A stretch of 64,000 bases of DNA from assembly GCA_009914755.4 (NCBI GenBank), contig CP068257.2, positions 9,024,001 through 9,088,000 on the forward strand, given 5' to 3'. The notes beneath the pieces were generated by a model. That model had not been told where the DNA came from and did no database searches. It was given only the letters and a program-made list of their open reading frames with translations. Position numbers and translations under genes: made by a program. Shown here piece after piece: positions 12,416-27,899 of the stretch. Every line of letters starts with the position of its first letter. The stretch's first letter is position 1. The stretch is from the human T2T-CHM13v2.0 reference genome, Homo sapiens.

Positions 12416-15400
12416 ATACCACTACCTGTAATAATAATTACAAAGCTGCTGAGTCTATTAACTTGCCAGGCAAGGGAACACTCAACAGTTAAGAAATTTA
12501 CAAAGTCTCTGCAGCGTATGATCAGGGTTCCCTAAGTGATTAAAAAAAGGGAATTCACAATAGTTATGCTAATTAAGAGCCGAAACTAGAACACCAAATT
12601 AAGTGAAATGAGTTTATACGTCTGCACTGCCCATTCACCAGGAAAGACTCCTTAGTTTGTAGTAATAAATAAATGTTCATTCAGGTCACTCAAATTCATG
12701 ACATCTTATCAGCTTTAACTGGTTAGAGCGTTATCACGAAATGAAACAACCAGTTTTGCTATATTCTAGGGAAGTGTTATTGTAGATATGTTTATGTGTG
12801 AACTAGATTGGTATGTAAACTGCATTTCTTTGTATGAGTTTCTGCCAAAAAAATTGAGTACCACTAGTTTAGATGTTGGGCAAAATTAATTATTTGTCAT
12901 ATATATTTTGACTCTTCTCTAGATCCTAAATGCTCAGAAAGTTAGTTATTTTAAAATCACAGTTTTTTAAAGATAAAATAAAAAACATGCTGATAGTATT
13001 TATGAGGAATTTTTGGCTAAAATTAGGTTAGAATATATGCTATGTTTCCTTTTCTTTGCTGATCTGTTTGTAGTAGAGAGACATAAATGAACGTCTCATA
13101 AATTTTTAAATGCACCAAATAAAGGAGAATGGATGAAAGCTATCAGTGCTGCACACTGTTAAAAGAAGCTTTACTAACCTTGGCGTAGAAAAGATGTCCA
13201 AGGTGTTTATCAGCAAATTGAATTACAAATGCAAAACCAAGGAAAAGTTTTACAATGCAAAGCTGAAATCAGGATTAGATTATTTTGAGGCATCTGGGTG
13301 CTTTTTCATGGGTATATACATAAGCTTGATTAGACAGGAGTAAAATGGAAATCATGAATTCATAGGCAGGGGTACATACATTTAAAATAATGAAATTGAT
13401 CTGCATGGACTGGCTTAGCTAGCAGATTGTCACAGCATGATCTCTCATTAGGATATTTCCTTGAAGCTTGAGATTGTTAGAGTAAACAAGGCATAAATAT
13501 CCAGGTGATAGTGGCTAGACACAGGTATTCATCTTCAAATTTAACTGTTCTTTGAAGAATTATATGGTCCACAGAAATCCTGATAGATATACTGTGGATA
13601 TCAAACACAATAAGTATTATTACAAAATTTAAATAAGCACAGTGTGCTCCAGCTTACTTAAACTGAAAGTTTATGAGACTAATTGTCTTTCCTTACATAC
13701 AGATATTTGAATAAGCCATGTCCAAAGTATATTTTACTTCTGAAATTTATTTTTGCTTAAATTGGAGCTAATGTCTGATCTGGCTTTGCAGTTGAGATAT
13801 TCATATAAATATCCAGTGTCATATTTGAACCCAGATTTCAAAATTCTTTATGGTTTTGACTATTTCAGCTTCTTTATATGTTTTGGAAATACAATAGAAT
13901 TCAAATACTCAGATTTTTTTCGTTGCAAAATTGCATTTCCTAATATTAGGACTCAAATATATCATATGAAATCTGGAGAAAGTTTTTGCAACTCCCGTCA
14001 ATTTTTCAAGAATTTGAGTTTGTTTTATGCATTAATATGTTTGAAAATGTTTACATTTTAATGAATTAAAATCTCATGTTAAATAATATAGTTTACCTCT
14101 ATTGATGTAAATCCTTTATCTCTTCCTTTATATACATTTTAGAGTTTACATGCTCTAAAAGTTACATGCTATTGTCTCTAGCAAACTCCAAGTGGGTTGT
14201 TCACTGTTCAAAGTCTTTTGAAATATATTTTTTCCTTCATAAGATATTTTATTAAATAAAATATTTAGGTCAAACCCATATTTATGCCTTCATAAAGGTA
14301 TATTTGCAGAATGCATGATGATGAAAGAGCTACTTTTCCTTTTTTAGGTTTTGAATAAAAGACTGTGCTTCAGGAAAGAAAATAAGGATGTAAAAGTGAG
14401 CAAGATTAGCTATGGTAGCTATAATTGAGTGTCCTTCAGTAGTAGTCCAACTTCCAGTCTAAATATTAGTGAGATAAGAGCCCAGGCAGTGTTTCTATTC
14501 AATTAATCATGGCTACCTTCCTTATACAATTCTTATTTCATCATTAATTTTTAAAATATTCTTTTACTCCTTAATTTTAAGAATACAAATTATAAGTCTT
14601 TTGTGAGTACAAATAACAACAGCATATATGCAAGCAATAATACTTAGTAAAATGGATAATATCAACCTGTCAGTAATTCAATAAATGCAGTATTACTTAT
14701 ACCACTGAAGGTCCTTTATGCTCATCATAGAGACAATACCCCTGCCGCCCTTTTAGAGTTAACCACTGAGCTAATTTGTGTGTTTCTACTGCTTTTCATT
14801 ATAACGAAAATACACACCAATACACCCACACGTTATGTATGTTCTTAGAATTTAATACATATTAATCTGTCAGCTGTAAATATTCTCAAAAAATGTTTGC
14901 TAGCTGTACCAGTAAATAATGCAAAAACATTTATCACAGTTTGATGTATTAGCTAATTTGAACTAATCATTATTTTCTGTCTCTCACTTATAATTTGTCA
15001 TTATTTGCTATTGTATGTCCTACATTATAAACTCCAGGAAAGCACATATATGTTTTGGCTATCTTGTTTTGTTGCAGGAATGAAGGAATGGAGAGACCAC
15101 AGGGTGAGAAAGGAGATTTTTATTAAGTGCAGTCAGGCCCAGAAGATTAACATCCAAAAACTGAGCCAAGAAAAAAGATAGGTTTTGGCTTTTATAAACA
15201 CTTCAAAAAGGGGGTTGATTAGTTTGAAGCAAGCTTACAGTGGCATGAAGCGTAGTGGTGGAAAAGCAAGCATGCAGAACGAAGCAGAACAAAGTTAATC
15301 AAATTGTGACAGGTGCATAACTCAGGATTACATATGACATCTTGCTATGTAGCTCAGATGGCTGTTACCTAGGTTTTACTCAAGTGCCTTGCACGGGCTT

Positions 15401-15908
15401 ATCTCATAACATTCGTTATGGTGCCGAGGTGGCTGTAGTTCAGGCCTGCTCAGGCTTCTCATGACCTTCACTGTGCTGCCTAGATAAAACAGAATACTTG
15501 AAGGTACTAGTTACAGAGAATAGAAATCCATAAACTCGTAGGTTTACTCACATCATAAGAGAAGGGAAAATTTGTTTTTTTTTCTCCCTATGTTGAGGGA
15601 GTGCTGGTAGAGTCTCCAGAGCACATTTCTTTGAGCCATGGTTTCTTAGATAACATTATTGGAACTTTTGCCTGGGTCTGGGTTTTGCCTGTCACTGCCT
15701 TTGGGATGATCAGTCTAATACAGAAAGCTTATTTATTTCTCTTTTTAATTTTATTTTTCTTTCTTTCCCTAATTTCCACCTCAGTTTAATGCTCAAATTC
15801 CCCAAATTAGCATATATCGTTGGGAAAGAAACAAAATGCTCACAACCCTTTTCTCTTTTTTCATTTACAGCAATATTTATGCAAAACATAAAGTTTATTT
15901 GCATCTAA

Positions 15909-16267
<359 letters not shown>

Positions 16268-19020
16268 TAGTCACTTTAGTGATGTTGCTACATGTTTCTT
16301 TTTTTATATATACTTTTGAGGAAAATCTGTACACTTAGAACTCCCAAATTTATAAATTCAGCTTTGCAATCTCCTTTGAGTTACAGACTCTCAGGCACAG
16401 GTGCCTATTCAATGTCACTTCTCAGATGCCTACTAGGCATACAAAATGACAATATGATTCTTCTATTCACCCCTAAAATGTGTGCTTCTTATACTCTTTC
16501 TCATTTCAGTTAGTGACACATCCATTCTGTTACTTAGGCCAAACTCTTTGAGTCATCCATAGTGTTTAACATCTTCTCACATTACAATTTAATTCCTAAT
16601 TCCTCAAAAAAAAAGTGGGTTCTAACAACATATCTGAAATTCGACCAGTTCTCTCTATCTCTGCTGTTTTCATCATGATAAACTCTGTATTGTTCCTTTC
16701 CTGAATTATACTAAGTTTCTCCTAATTGATTTTCTTTATCACACTTGACTCCAAGAACATACTCTCAATTCAAGGGCTAAAGTGTCCTTCAAATTATGTT
16801 ACATCGTGTTACTACTATGTCCAACACTTCCTGATGACTTCCCAACTCATCCACAGTGAAATTCAAGATCATCACACTGGCTTACCAGGCCTATGAGATG
16901 CACTCTCACCACATCCTCATTATTTATGTCATCACATTTTTTGTTTCTCATTCATTCACAGACCTAGTTCTTTGAAGCTAATAGTCAACTTGTGATTATT
17001 CTGTTGTGTTCTACCTATTGTGTTGCTGAATTAAAATGCTCTTCCTCACAATATGAATATGGCTCATTCCCTCAACACATTCCATTTTTTAGTCAGCAGC
17101 ATTTTTATGAAGGTATTTCCTTACCACCCTATTTAAAATTGAAGCCCTTAACACTCCTAATTATCTGTTCCAGTTTTTTGTTCCTCACAAAAAACATGAC
17201 ACATACTTTCAAAATTTCAGTGGTTTCTCTTTCAATGTGAAAAGGTATGTACTATGAGGTTAGGGAAATATTGTTTATTTTGCCATCCCAAGCAAGACAT
17301 GGTGTTTAATAAGCATTTGTTGAATAAATAAACAAATATTTGTTGAACAAATAAATGACTGACTGATTTCACTGTTCCTAATCACTAGGACCATCTCGAT
17401 CAATGTGAAGATATGAAAAACATCAGAAAGAGAAGAATGTTGTCAGGTGTTTCCAGAGCACCATAAAAGTCAAACACCACACCACATTCTGCCCCCACGT
17501 AGAATTAACACAAAATAATTTTGTAGAAAGGAGAGACACCTTAACTAACAAGGTTAAATTTGAAATTGGTGAAAAAGAGAAAAGCACATACATATATGAT
17601 CCAGAGACAGAACCCATGTTTTACAATGGAGAATAAAAGCGGTTACATTTATTGTATGCCTTAATTTCATGGTTTCACTGTATCATATTGGCTGTATATG
17701 GGACTAATATCTGATTACAAAAAAGTCTTATGCCATTTGCATAGAGATTTGAAAACACAAGGCTAAAACTAAAGGGTTATCATCCTAAATGCATGTTTGT
17801 AAATGTTTTCTAGAATTGTGACCCCTTGGTGATATTGCTGGGTAGAGAAGTTACTTTCAGAATTTATTGCTTTTTTTATGAAACATAGATTCTGATAACA
17901 CTAGCTCTAAATGTCTAGTTACTCTAGACTGTTCTAAATTTTATGTCAAGATAGGTTGCAAAAGGAGACAAAGGAATAGAATACCATTTTAGGAGGGTAT
18001 TGATGAGCCTAAATTTGAGGCTTAATAGAACATCTATAAACAGAGGCACATTTCTAGTTACTAAAAGGCCAAATTTTGAATTAGGTCTTTTTTTGAATGT
18101 GAACTTTTATCCCAAATGAGCAGTGTCAAGGCAAATATTTCACTAGACAAAGTTAAACAGCAGAGAATACTTTATCCAAGGGTATTGCAATTGTGGAGAG
18201 AGGCCAGCATTCAATCTGGGCTCTACTCTACACAAAGAACTGAAGCATTTTTAAGATGTAAGGTAAGAGGATCATAGGCCACATGTGTTTGCTAATTGGC
18301 TTTACTGAAAGGAAAAATGGACATTTTAATATTTTTATGACAGGAAGTAGTTTCACAACTTGGCTCAAGGCACCAGTACTAATGTAGGTTTTACCCTCCC
18401 ATAGAAACTGGTAGATAGGGGTACTCAACTTGATGATTACATTTGAAAGGGATGGGGCTCAGGTCCTTGAGAAAAATACCCCTGGGTTGTTAAACTGTTA
18501 AGAGACTGCAAAAATATTTACATCTCAAAGGGACAGAGAAAGAATTTACAGTTTCAAGAGTTCTAAATCAAATGGTATACAAAAAGGAAGGTCAGTGGCC
18601 TAGAGCAGGAACAAGCCTGTATAAAGTTTTTGAAGCTGAGGGGAATAAATACTAACATCCTCTTGGTCATGACTACTATGTACATCAGCATCAGCTCATC
18701 CCTAAAGGCAGATCAACACTGCCAGCCTAGCAAAACAGCACGACTTTATCATCTTGTGGTTTGTAGTTGACTGAGAACCACATGCTATAAATATTTTATT
18801 TGTTTTTTCACAGCACTGACTTCTCAAGATGACAACTTTTAGACTCTCAACGTTTGTAGATAGTCTTTGTTGATTTTTTTCCCACATGACACACTTTTTA
18901 ATAACTCTATGGGATATGAAACTAATAACTGAATCGCAATGGTGATGACCCCAACCTATTAACTTCAGCCTTCAGTAACAGCGGGGATATGCCAGGATAT
19001 AGAGAAGAAAAATATAATTG

Positions 19021-19500
19021 TCCTCAGTATTTTTTATTCTCACTAAGCATAGTCCTTGTTGGAAAGGACATAGTCAAAATAATCTTTATAATTTAAGAAA
19101 TTTTCTGTGGTAGTTCTACATTTTATTAGCATGAATCTTTGTTTTAAAAATATTATTGTGTATATATATATGATGTAAATAACGATTTCGATACACATAT
19201 AGATAGTAAAAAGGATTTTTTCTAGATAAAACCCTGAAGACAGTATAACATTATTGAGTTTTCTATGGAATTTTTTTTGTATTTCTGCTTTTTAATTATA
19301 GTTTTAGTTGACATGCAATAATTACACACATTTATGGGGTACATAACAATATTTTGATACATGTATACAAGGACCTTAGTATTTTTCATTCTCACTAATT
19401 ATAATCTTTAATGGGGGGATGTCACTAAGAGTATCTTCATAATTTATTTCAAGAAATTGTCTGTAGTGGTTCTACATTTTATTAGTTTGAATCTGTTTTA
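19021..19500. repeat. Direct duplicated segment of about 126 bp (19021-19146 and 19374-19500, about 80 percent identity) separated by about 227 bp that contain L1-3'UTR-like sequence
   Basis: Copy 1 reads cctcagtattttttattctcactaa...ataatttaagaaattttctgtggtagttctacattttattagcatgaatctttgtttta. Copy 2 reads ccttagtatttttcattctcactaa...ataatttatttcaagaaattgtctgtagtggttctacattttattagtttgaatctgtttta. The intervening block ttagttgacatgcaataattacacacatttatggggtacataacaatattttgatacatgtatacaa resembles a common L1 3'-end motif. Confidence 0.65.
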
Positions 19501-20592
19501 TATCTAGACAGCTTTCCTCAGTGTAGGTGGCTCTGTGCCTCATTGTCAGAGCTGATAGTAATTCCAACCACCATCTAAGTTTGTCATTTGTTTACAGCAT
19601 TTATTTCTCACAGGAGAATAAAGCCAAAATTTTTTAATCAAGTTAGAAGACATCGTTTGATAATTACATTGCTTTTTAATGTGTATGAATCTTAGCACCT
19701 TGAATTAGAAAAGATTGTCAATGACTGAATTAAACTGATAATACCTAAAAAAAAAATCCTGACAATTTTATAGTACTTATTACGTATTATACATTAATTA
19801 ACTCATTTATTCTTCACAATATTACTAAAGACAATATAAATATTATTGTTATTTTCAAAATAAGGAAACTGTGGCACAAAATGTTAAGTAATTTGCCTAA
19901 AATCATAAATTAGCACTTCACGAGTTTTGATCCCAAGCTGTCTGAATTTAATTTTATAATCAAAAATTCATAAACTGTACTGCATCTCCTAAAACTTCTA
20001 AGAGAACCATATATAAAATTTAATTTTAAATATAACTTGAAACATGTCATTTTCCTGAGTGTCTGTTTTATCTAATATATAATATCAGAATCAAATGTTG
20101 ATACTACTTAATAATTTTATTTTATGTAACAAAATATAAAAAAGACTATTAGCACAGATTGTGTGCATTTCATCATGCCAATATTATATCATTAACATAT
20201 TAATTTCACTTATAATGCAGTTAGACATTGTGTAAGTTTTGTCTCAAATACAATTATGCAAAAAATTCTATCTAACACAAATTCATTTTAATTTTACATG
20301 TTTTGTCTCAGCTGATTTAATTTTGTGGAGGGGACCAATATTTTACAAACAATAAAACAGAAATGCCTAACACCAGTTAATACTCTAAATCGACATTTGA
20401 AAATACCAATATTCTATTTTAAAAATATTCTAAGATCTATATCTATATCTATCTATGCTACTTAGCTTGTGATAATCACTTCACAATGTATACCTACATA
20501 AATCCTCACATTTTCAGCCTTAAATATGTACAAGTTTTATTTTTCAGTTCTACCTCAATAAAGCTGAATGTATATAAATTCATTATTTATAG

Positions 20593-20650
20593 CTATATAT
20601 AAAATATATATAACATATATATATTTTATAATATATATATTATAAAAAAG
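20593..20650. repeat. AT-rich (TATA/TAAAA) simple repeat
   Basis: ctatatataaaatatatataacatatatatattttataatatatatattataaaa. Confidence 0.6.
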
Positions 20651-20839
20651 CTAAAATGTATATATATTTGGGGAACCAAAAAGAAAAAGCATACAAAAAG
20701 GCATTTGTACAAATATATTTTACTTTAAAAATCAATGAGGAAACCAGATTTTAAAAGGTGTATAGTTAATGAAAATAATTTTTCTATTCTTTAATTGAGT
20801 TGACATATACCCATGCACCTTTGAAAATATAATTCTACA

Positions 20840-21136
<297 letters not shown>

Positions 21137-22813
21137 CTACATATTGTAAAACATTTTATTTTAAAAAGCAGCATGTGCTTTGCTTTTTTTTCCCCCTAGT
21201 TATTTTGTATCTGATGCGCAATACTAGATGCTCCATTTATTGGCATATCCTGTGTATGCGTCTGCATGTATAAAGGTGGCACATTTCTTCTTCATTTTAG
21301 GACTTCTGGATTAATGGGAAACCAACTAGACTTAAATTGAAGGGTCAGAGGTTTCTGGTGTCTTTCTTAACATTGCCTAGGGGGATTCTTCTCACTGCAG
21401 AAATTTCACATTCAATCACAGTATACCCTGGGGTCATTAGTCATGGTCTTGGCAGGTTAGATAAATAGTTATTAAAAATAAGGACAAGTCTGAGGTAGCT
21501 AAATTAAAAGCAAAATACCAGTTATAGTGTTACTTGAACTAGTTAAGTTCAAATAGAGCAGAATCACAACTGTCAGATTATAGATTTACAAAAGCATATT
21601 TTGACTCTATGGTAATAGGCAATTTAAATCAAAAATCTATTTTTGTACAAGGTTATTCTCAGGACCTGTGAGAACCTGTTATCTTCCTATCACATATATG
21701 ATTTGTTGAGCAGGATTGATTAAAAAAATGAATTAAGTCAGAATAGAAAACAAAATGAGAAGGAAAATTAGAAGACTGCATGATAAATGAAAACTATGAG
21801 TCAATTCAAAGAGACTTTTTATTAATTTATGAGTACAGAAGTTAGTTCCTTTATTTCTGACTAGAAATTTTTAGCAACAAGTAGAATCTAATCATTCATA
21901 TTGCATTAGTAAATATGTATTAACCACTGTGCTAAGATTATGTCATAGTTCCTACAGTCACAAAGTATAATCTACTTAATTCATTCATTAATTGGGAAAA
22001 AAAATCATTGTTTTCTTATAAAATACTATCATAGAGAAAACTGGGAGACCAACTTTTAATAAATACACAAATAAATGAATACATTTATTAATATAGTGTT
22101 ACATATTTTGAAGAAAATTTAAATATAGAGCTATTACTTACGGGGTCTGGTGGGATGGGCAGCATTGTATATAGTGCTTAGAGAAGGTCTTTCTGAAGAG
22201 CTAATGTTATTTATGAGATTTAAATGGTGAGAAAGAGACAGATGTTAGAAGACAGGATTTAGACAGAAAGATTATCTAGGGCAGAGGCTCTAAGGCAAGG
22301 ATGAATGACAAGAATGTTTAAAGGGAAGATCAAAGAGCAATGTGGAAATGATAGTGTATAAGTTATCAGCGAAGGTGTTAAGCACTCTACAGAGCCTCAC
22401 TGGCTTGTACCTAAGTAGAAGATAGGTAAAACTTTTCTACTCAAGAACACTCGAGTTGATAATTTATGACAAACAGTCAATGACAAAGCAGGGTGCCAAC
22501 TATTTTGGTAAAATATCAGATAGTAAAAGTTTTAGGCTTCATTGGCCAAAAGGCAAAATTGAGGATATCATATGTCTGCTTATATATCAAACAAGAAGAC
22601 ACATTTCCATATTTTTGTTGACCAGAATAAAAACATAATAATAATTAGACTTATAATATGAATCTACTGATAAAAACAACTGAATTCTTTACTGGGAAAT
22701 AGCATTTTGCTTAATTGAGATTCAGGGTTTATTTTACCTATCATCAAAATTGATTGCAAATGCTCATCTGTTAATACTCATCTATAATGAAATTTTACAT
22801 ATTTTATCTTTGA

Positions 22814-23106
22814 TTTTTTTTTTTTGACATGGAGTCTCACTCTGTTGCCCAGGCTGGAATACCGTGGTGTAATTTCGACTCACTACAGCCTCCACCTCCC
22901 GGGTTCCAGTAATTCTCCTGCCTCAGCTTCCAGAGCAGCTGAGATTACAGGCATGCACAACTACACCCAGGTAATTTTTGTATTTGTAGTAGAGACGGGT
23001 CTACACCATGCTGGCCAGGCTGGTCTCAAACTCCTGACCTCAGGTGATCCACCTACCTTGGCCTCCCAAAGTGCTAGGATTACAGGAATGAGCCACTGTG
23101 CCCGGC
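22814..23106 (-). mobile_element. Alu SINE, full length, older (AluS/J-like, CpG-decayed)
   Basis: Poly-T is followed by gacatggagtctcactctgttgcccaggctggaataccgtggtgtaatttcgactcactacagcctccacctcc...ggattacaggaatgagccactgtgcccggcc. There are many CpG to TpG/CpA changes. This element explains the 111-aa ORF at 22824-23159. Confidence 0.9.
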
Positions 23107-24426
23107 CTGATATTGTTTTTAACACAGAGATACTGCCAAATATTGATATCAGTTCATAAGCATATTATTATAATTGAGCACATAAAACATTTGGAAGGTA
23201 TTCTACTAGATTCTTCTCTTGATATTTGCCTTTTAGCATATCATTATATTATTATATTGCAGTTGTCACTTCCAGTTAAAGGTTAGGTAGGAGTTTCTCA
23301 ATTGTATAATTACATTCATTTTGAAATATTAAATTTTCTTTAATAGCTACATCAATTTTCAAATACCAGTCCTGAAACTGTAGTTTGAACTCAGAGAAAA
23401 TACATTTTACTGCAAATTTGCATGGGAATGAAGAACAACCTTTTTGTTATAAGTTATGAAAGCACAGAGAGAATGTACAGCAGATTGGCATTTTGCTAAA
23501 TGATTTATTGTTTAGTTGTTGAAATTACATTATAGTAGTCAACACTTTCCATGTAAGCACTATTCTGCTTTGTAATTTTTGAATTAGTTTTGATAAATAT
23601 CTACAAATGTTTACAATAAAAGCTAATTTCAAAGCGTTTCAATGAAGTGATTGGGGTGATTCTTCTTTAGAAAAATTTCAATCACGTCGATCTGTCCAAA
23701 TAATTAGTATAAAATGTTACCACTGCTAAACGACCTAATTATTATGCAGGTAGGTTAGGATTCTTCAATTTTCCATAAAAATATTTATAGAATTGACAAT
23801 GGTTACATAGACAAGGATAAATGAAGTTCACATGATAGATTCAAACATTTTCTTCAACTAGATGCTGGTAATAGGGAATAACAAAAGATTTTATATACCT
23901 TGCATTTTCACATACTATAAATTTTTCCAATTACGTACTTTTTGATGCACATACATTTTTACCACCAATATTTGTAAACCATCTTAGCAGATTCCATTTC
24001 TGGATGTACGAAATCAGTTTTAACTTGACATATTTGAAAAAAATTCAAGTGAGAATATTTTCACTTGAATTTTTTCCTTGTAGACTACAAAGAGAAATTA
24101 ATTCTTCAAATACTTCAAACTGGTCATTAACCTACTGAAAAATCGATCACAGTTGAAGAGTGTTAATAATACCTCTCAACTCATCAAGTACCATGGACCA
24201 CCACCCTAAGTCATATCCTTTACTTTTATTTAAAATAATTATATAATATTCTGCTCTAAATTTCATCTTGAATGAATTCGATAGCTATTCTTGTATACTT
24301 GGCATATGTCATGCTCCTTTGTTTTTCAACATTGAAATTTCATTTATATCTGGAAAATAAGACTTACCTATGAGGTTAAGGGACTTATATATTGTGAGTT
24401 AAGAAAGTCATTTTTAGAAAAATTCC

Positions 24427-24719
24427 GCCGGGCTCGGTGGCTCATGCCTGTAATCCCAGCACTTTGGGACGCAGAGGCGGGTGGATCATGAGGTCAGAAG
24501 TTCAAGACCAGCATGGACAAAATGGTGAAACCCCATCTCTTCTAAAAAGACAAAAATTAGCCAGGCGTGGTGGCAGGCACCTCTAATCCCAGCTACTTGA
24601 GAGGCTGAGGCAGAGAATTGTGTCAACCTGGGAGGCAGAGGTTGCAGTGAGCCAAGACTGTGCCACTGCATTCCAGCCTGGGTGACAAAGTGAGACTCCA
24701 TCTCAAAAAAAAAAAAAAA
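24427..24719 (+). mobile_element. Alu SINE, full length, AluS-like
   Basis: gccgggctcggtggctcatgcctgtaatcccagcactttgggacgcagaggcgggtggatcatgaggtcagaagttcaagaccagc...ctccatctcaaaaaaaaaaaaaaa. Confidence 0.95.
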
Positions 24720-24832
24720 TCCACATTCTTAAAATCCAGGGCAAGTTCCTCTGCTTTAAATTTGGCCATTTGATTCTTTCATATGGGACTTTGTAGCTGG
24801 GCAAGTGATTCAATGGTTTAGAAATAGTTTGA

Positions 24833-25168
<336 letters not shown>

Positions 25169-26153
25169 TGTATATCAAATTTTTGAAGAAATCTCTATTC
25201 TTTTTTAGATCTTTTCGAGAAACAGCCCTTGGTACTAATGTAAGTATCATGGAACCCATGTAACCAGAATATTTATTTCTCTCAGTCAGTATGACATTAT
25301 CTGATCCACAAAGTATAAAGACAGGCATTACTAGTAGCCCTTCATCATCAAGTCCACTTAGAGAACCCTAACATAGTCTCTTAAAATTGACTATGATTGT
25401 TTTAAGAGAAAGAAAAAAAAAGTTCCAGCAGGGCTTCCATTTTATTCTGCAGAGTGTGTTTATTCCAAAAAGGGATGTTACTAAAGTAGGATAAGAATAT
25501 AAATGTTTCCCATGGAGAGATTTGGTATAGAACATCTTCACTGTTCACTTTGGTATAGAGGAGTAAGTCACAAGGTTAGGACCTATACCAATAAATAAGC
25601 AATGGCAAATAAATGCACTGGATTCATGTGACATTCACAGATAATAGCCTAAGTTGCATTTTTGTCTTCTGTAAATTAACCATAATTATCATAAAGAAAA
25701 CCATCTTCCAGCTTAAAAAAAAATGTGTCTCTCAGGGCCCATTGTAGCCAATACTACTAGGAGACATAGTTATACCAATGAAATATAAACAAAAAGCACT
25801 GGATAAGCATTTTTGGAATACTCTTTTAAATATACCTAGTTGACTGGCATGTACTATTTTTCCCAGGTCTAGAAAATAGGTGCAATATTTAAGTGGAAGA
25901 GCCTTTCTCAGACTATGAAGCAACAAACTGCAGTCAAATGGTGGTTGAATATAATTTTATGGAGAGTGTAAGGGTTTTATACTCATGGAACTGTTCTAAA
26001 TATACTGGCATACTTTCACTTAAAATGTCAAATTTATTTAAACCATGTTTTATTTAGATTTAATTTTACTTACAGCTCTTGTATCATATGGACAGTAGGA
26101 TAGATCTAACTAAATATGACACACAGAATAATTTGGATTTATTTTCTTCACCT

Positions 26154-26447
26154 TTTTTTTTTTTTTTTTGAGACGGAGTCTCACTCTGTCGCCAGGCTGG
26201 AGTGCAGTGGCACGATATCGGCTAACTGCAACCTCTGACTCCCTGGTTCAAGTGATTCTCCTGCCTCAGCCTCCCAAGTTTCTGGGATTACAGGCACGCG
26301 ACACCACACCCAGTTAATTTTTCTATTTTTAGAAGAGACAGGGATTCACCATTTTGGCCAGGATGGTCTCGATCTCCTGACATTGTGATCCACCCACCTC
26401 AGCCTCACAAAGTGCTAGGATTACAGGTGTGAGCCACCGCACCCAGC
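26154..26447 (-). mobile_element. Alu SINE, full length, AluS-like, TSD tttcttcacc
   Basis: A T16 run is followed by gagacggagtctcactctgtcgccaggctggagtgcagtggcacgatatcggctaactgcaacctc...ggattacaggtgtgagccaccgcacccagc. Flanking copies ttttcttcacc lie at 26143-26153 and 26448-26457. Confidence 0.95.
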
Positions 26448-27528
26448 TTTCTTCACCCTTTTGCTTTCTGCCATGGCATTATGTATCAAGAAGGCCCTTG
26501 AAAGTTTTACCAGCCCTTTCACCTTGGACTTCCTGGTCTCTAGAATGGTGAGAAATAAATTTATGTGGTTTATAATTTACATAGTCTCAGGTATTCCATA
26601 ATAGCAGCACAAAATGAATACATGCATAGACAATGATAAATAATAACAAATGTTTTGAAAGCTGTTTATTTTTTGGAGGGGGATCAGCTACTCTGTGACA
26701 TCACAAAAATAATTACAGATTGATTACAAAACAGTTGTGGAATATTACTTCAGAGGTCATAAACCTTAGAATTGTATGGGTAATTAAAACTAGTCTGGTT
26801 TGCCAAATTAGGATATTTTAATGGCTTTTAGTATGTTACATTAACTTTTGAGAAGGCTACGTTTTAATATTATATAAAAATATTACAATTTGAAAAATGC
26901 TAAACAGGATAAAATGCTACCATGTTTTTCAAATAGTTATCTGTTTCTTTCCAGGGCCATATAGCTTCATCATAGTAATCCCCAGCCCAAAATAAGTAGC
27001 CAGTGAGTCACTAAGAAAAACTGGAGTACTAAGGCTGCCTATTGGGAGATGATCAATCTATCAACAAGAACTTATTATCTTGTTGAAAGTCATTGACATT
27101 TAATGAGATATGACATAATGATATTCCACCAAATACAGTAAAATTTGACAGATTAATCTGGGGAATTTGACATCTTAGTAATGATGATTTTTTTCATCCC
27201 ATCTGTTATAATTACCATATATTGTGTAATACAAATTTAGACGTACTGCTTTAGCTGCCTTTCACAAGTTTCAAGAAGTAATATTTACATACTGAGTTCT
27301 AAGGAATTTTATTTGTATTATTATTTTTGTATGTGCTCATTAAATTTTTATGTCCAAAGGGTCTTTTGTTATTTTACTATTGTTACTAATGTCTATAGTG
27401 ATAACAATATGGCTGAAAAATAAGGCCTACGATACTAATTTTTTAATAAGATATGACCAGCACATGATTACTTATCCAAATATATCATGGGTTTTTGAAA
27501 TAATGTATATGCTTTAGTTTGGAAGGGC

Positions 27529-27899
27529 TGTGATATGGTTTGGTTCTGTGTCCCCACCCAAATCTCATCTCGAATTGTATCCCCAGGTGTTGAGGGAGGG
27601 ACCAAGTGGGAGGTGATTGGACCATGGGGGGAGATTTGCCCTTTGCTGTTCTCCTGATAGTGAGTGAGTTCTCAGGAGATCTGATGGTTTAGAAGTGTGG
27701 CACTTCCCCCTTCACTCTTTCTCTTTCTCCTGCCTCTGTGGGAAGATGTGCCTTGCTTCCCCTTTGCCTTCCACCACGATTGTAGGTTTCCTGAGACCTC
27801 CCCAGCCATGCAAAACTGTGAGTCAGTTAAACCTCTTTTCTTCATAAATTACCCAATCTCAGATAGTTCTTTGTAGTATTGTGAAAACAGACTAATACA
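27529..27899 (+). mobile_element. MaLR (ERVL-MaLR) solo LTR, MSTA/THE1-like
   Basis: It starts tgtgatatggtttgg.tctgtgtccccacccaaatctcatctcgaattgta.ccccaggtgttgagggagggaccaagtgggaggtgattgg.ccatgggg. It ends ctgtgagtcagttaaacctcttttcttcataaattacccaatctcagatagttctttgtagtattgtgaaaacagactaatacag. These are the canonical MaLR LTR termini TGTG...ACAG(A), and the length is about 370 bp. Confidence 0.75.

Noticed and set aside
17303-17360. Short tandem duplication atttgttgaataaataaac / aaatatttgttgaacaaataaatga
   Set aside because: It is only about 2 units of low-complexity AT-rich sequence. This is a common motif within old repeat tails and was not considered informative.
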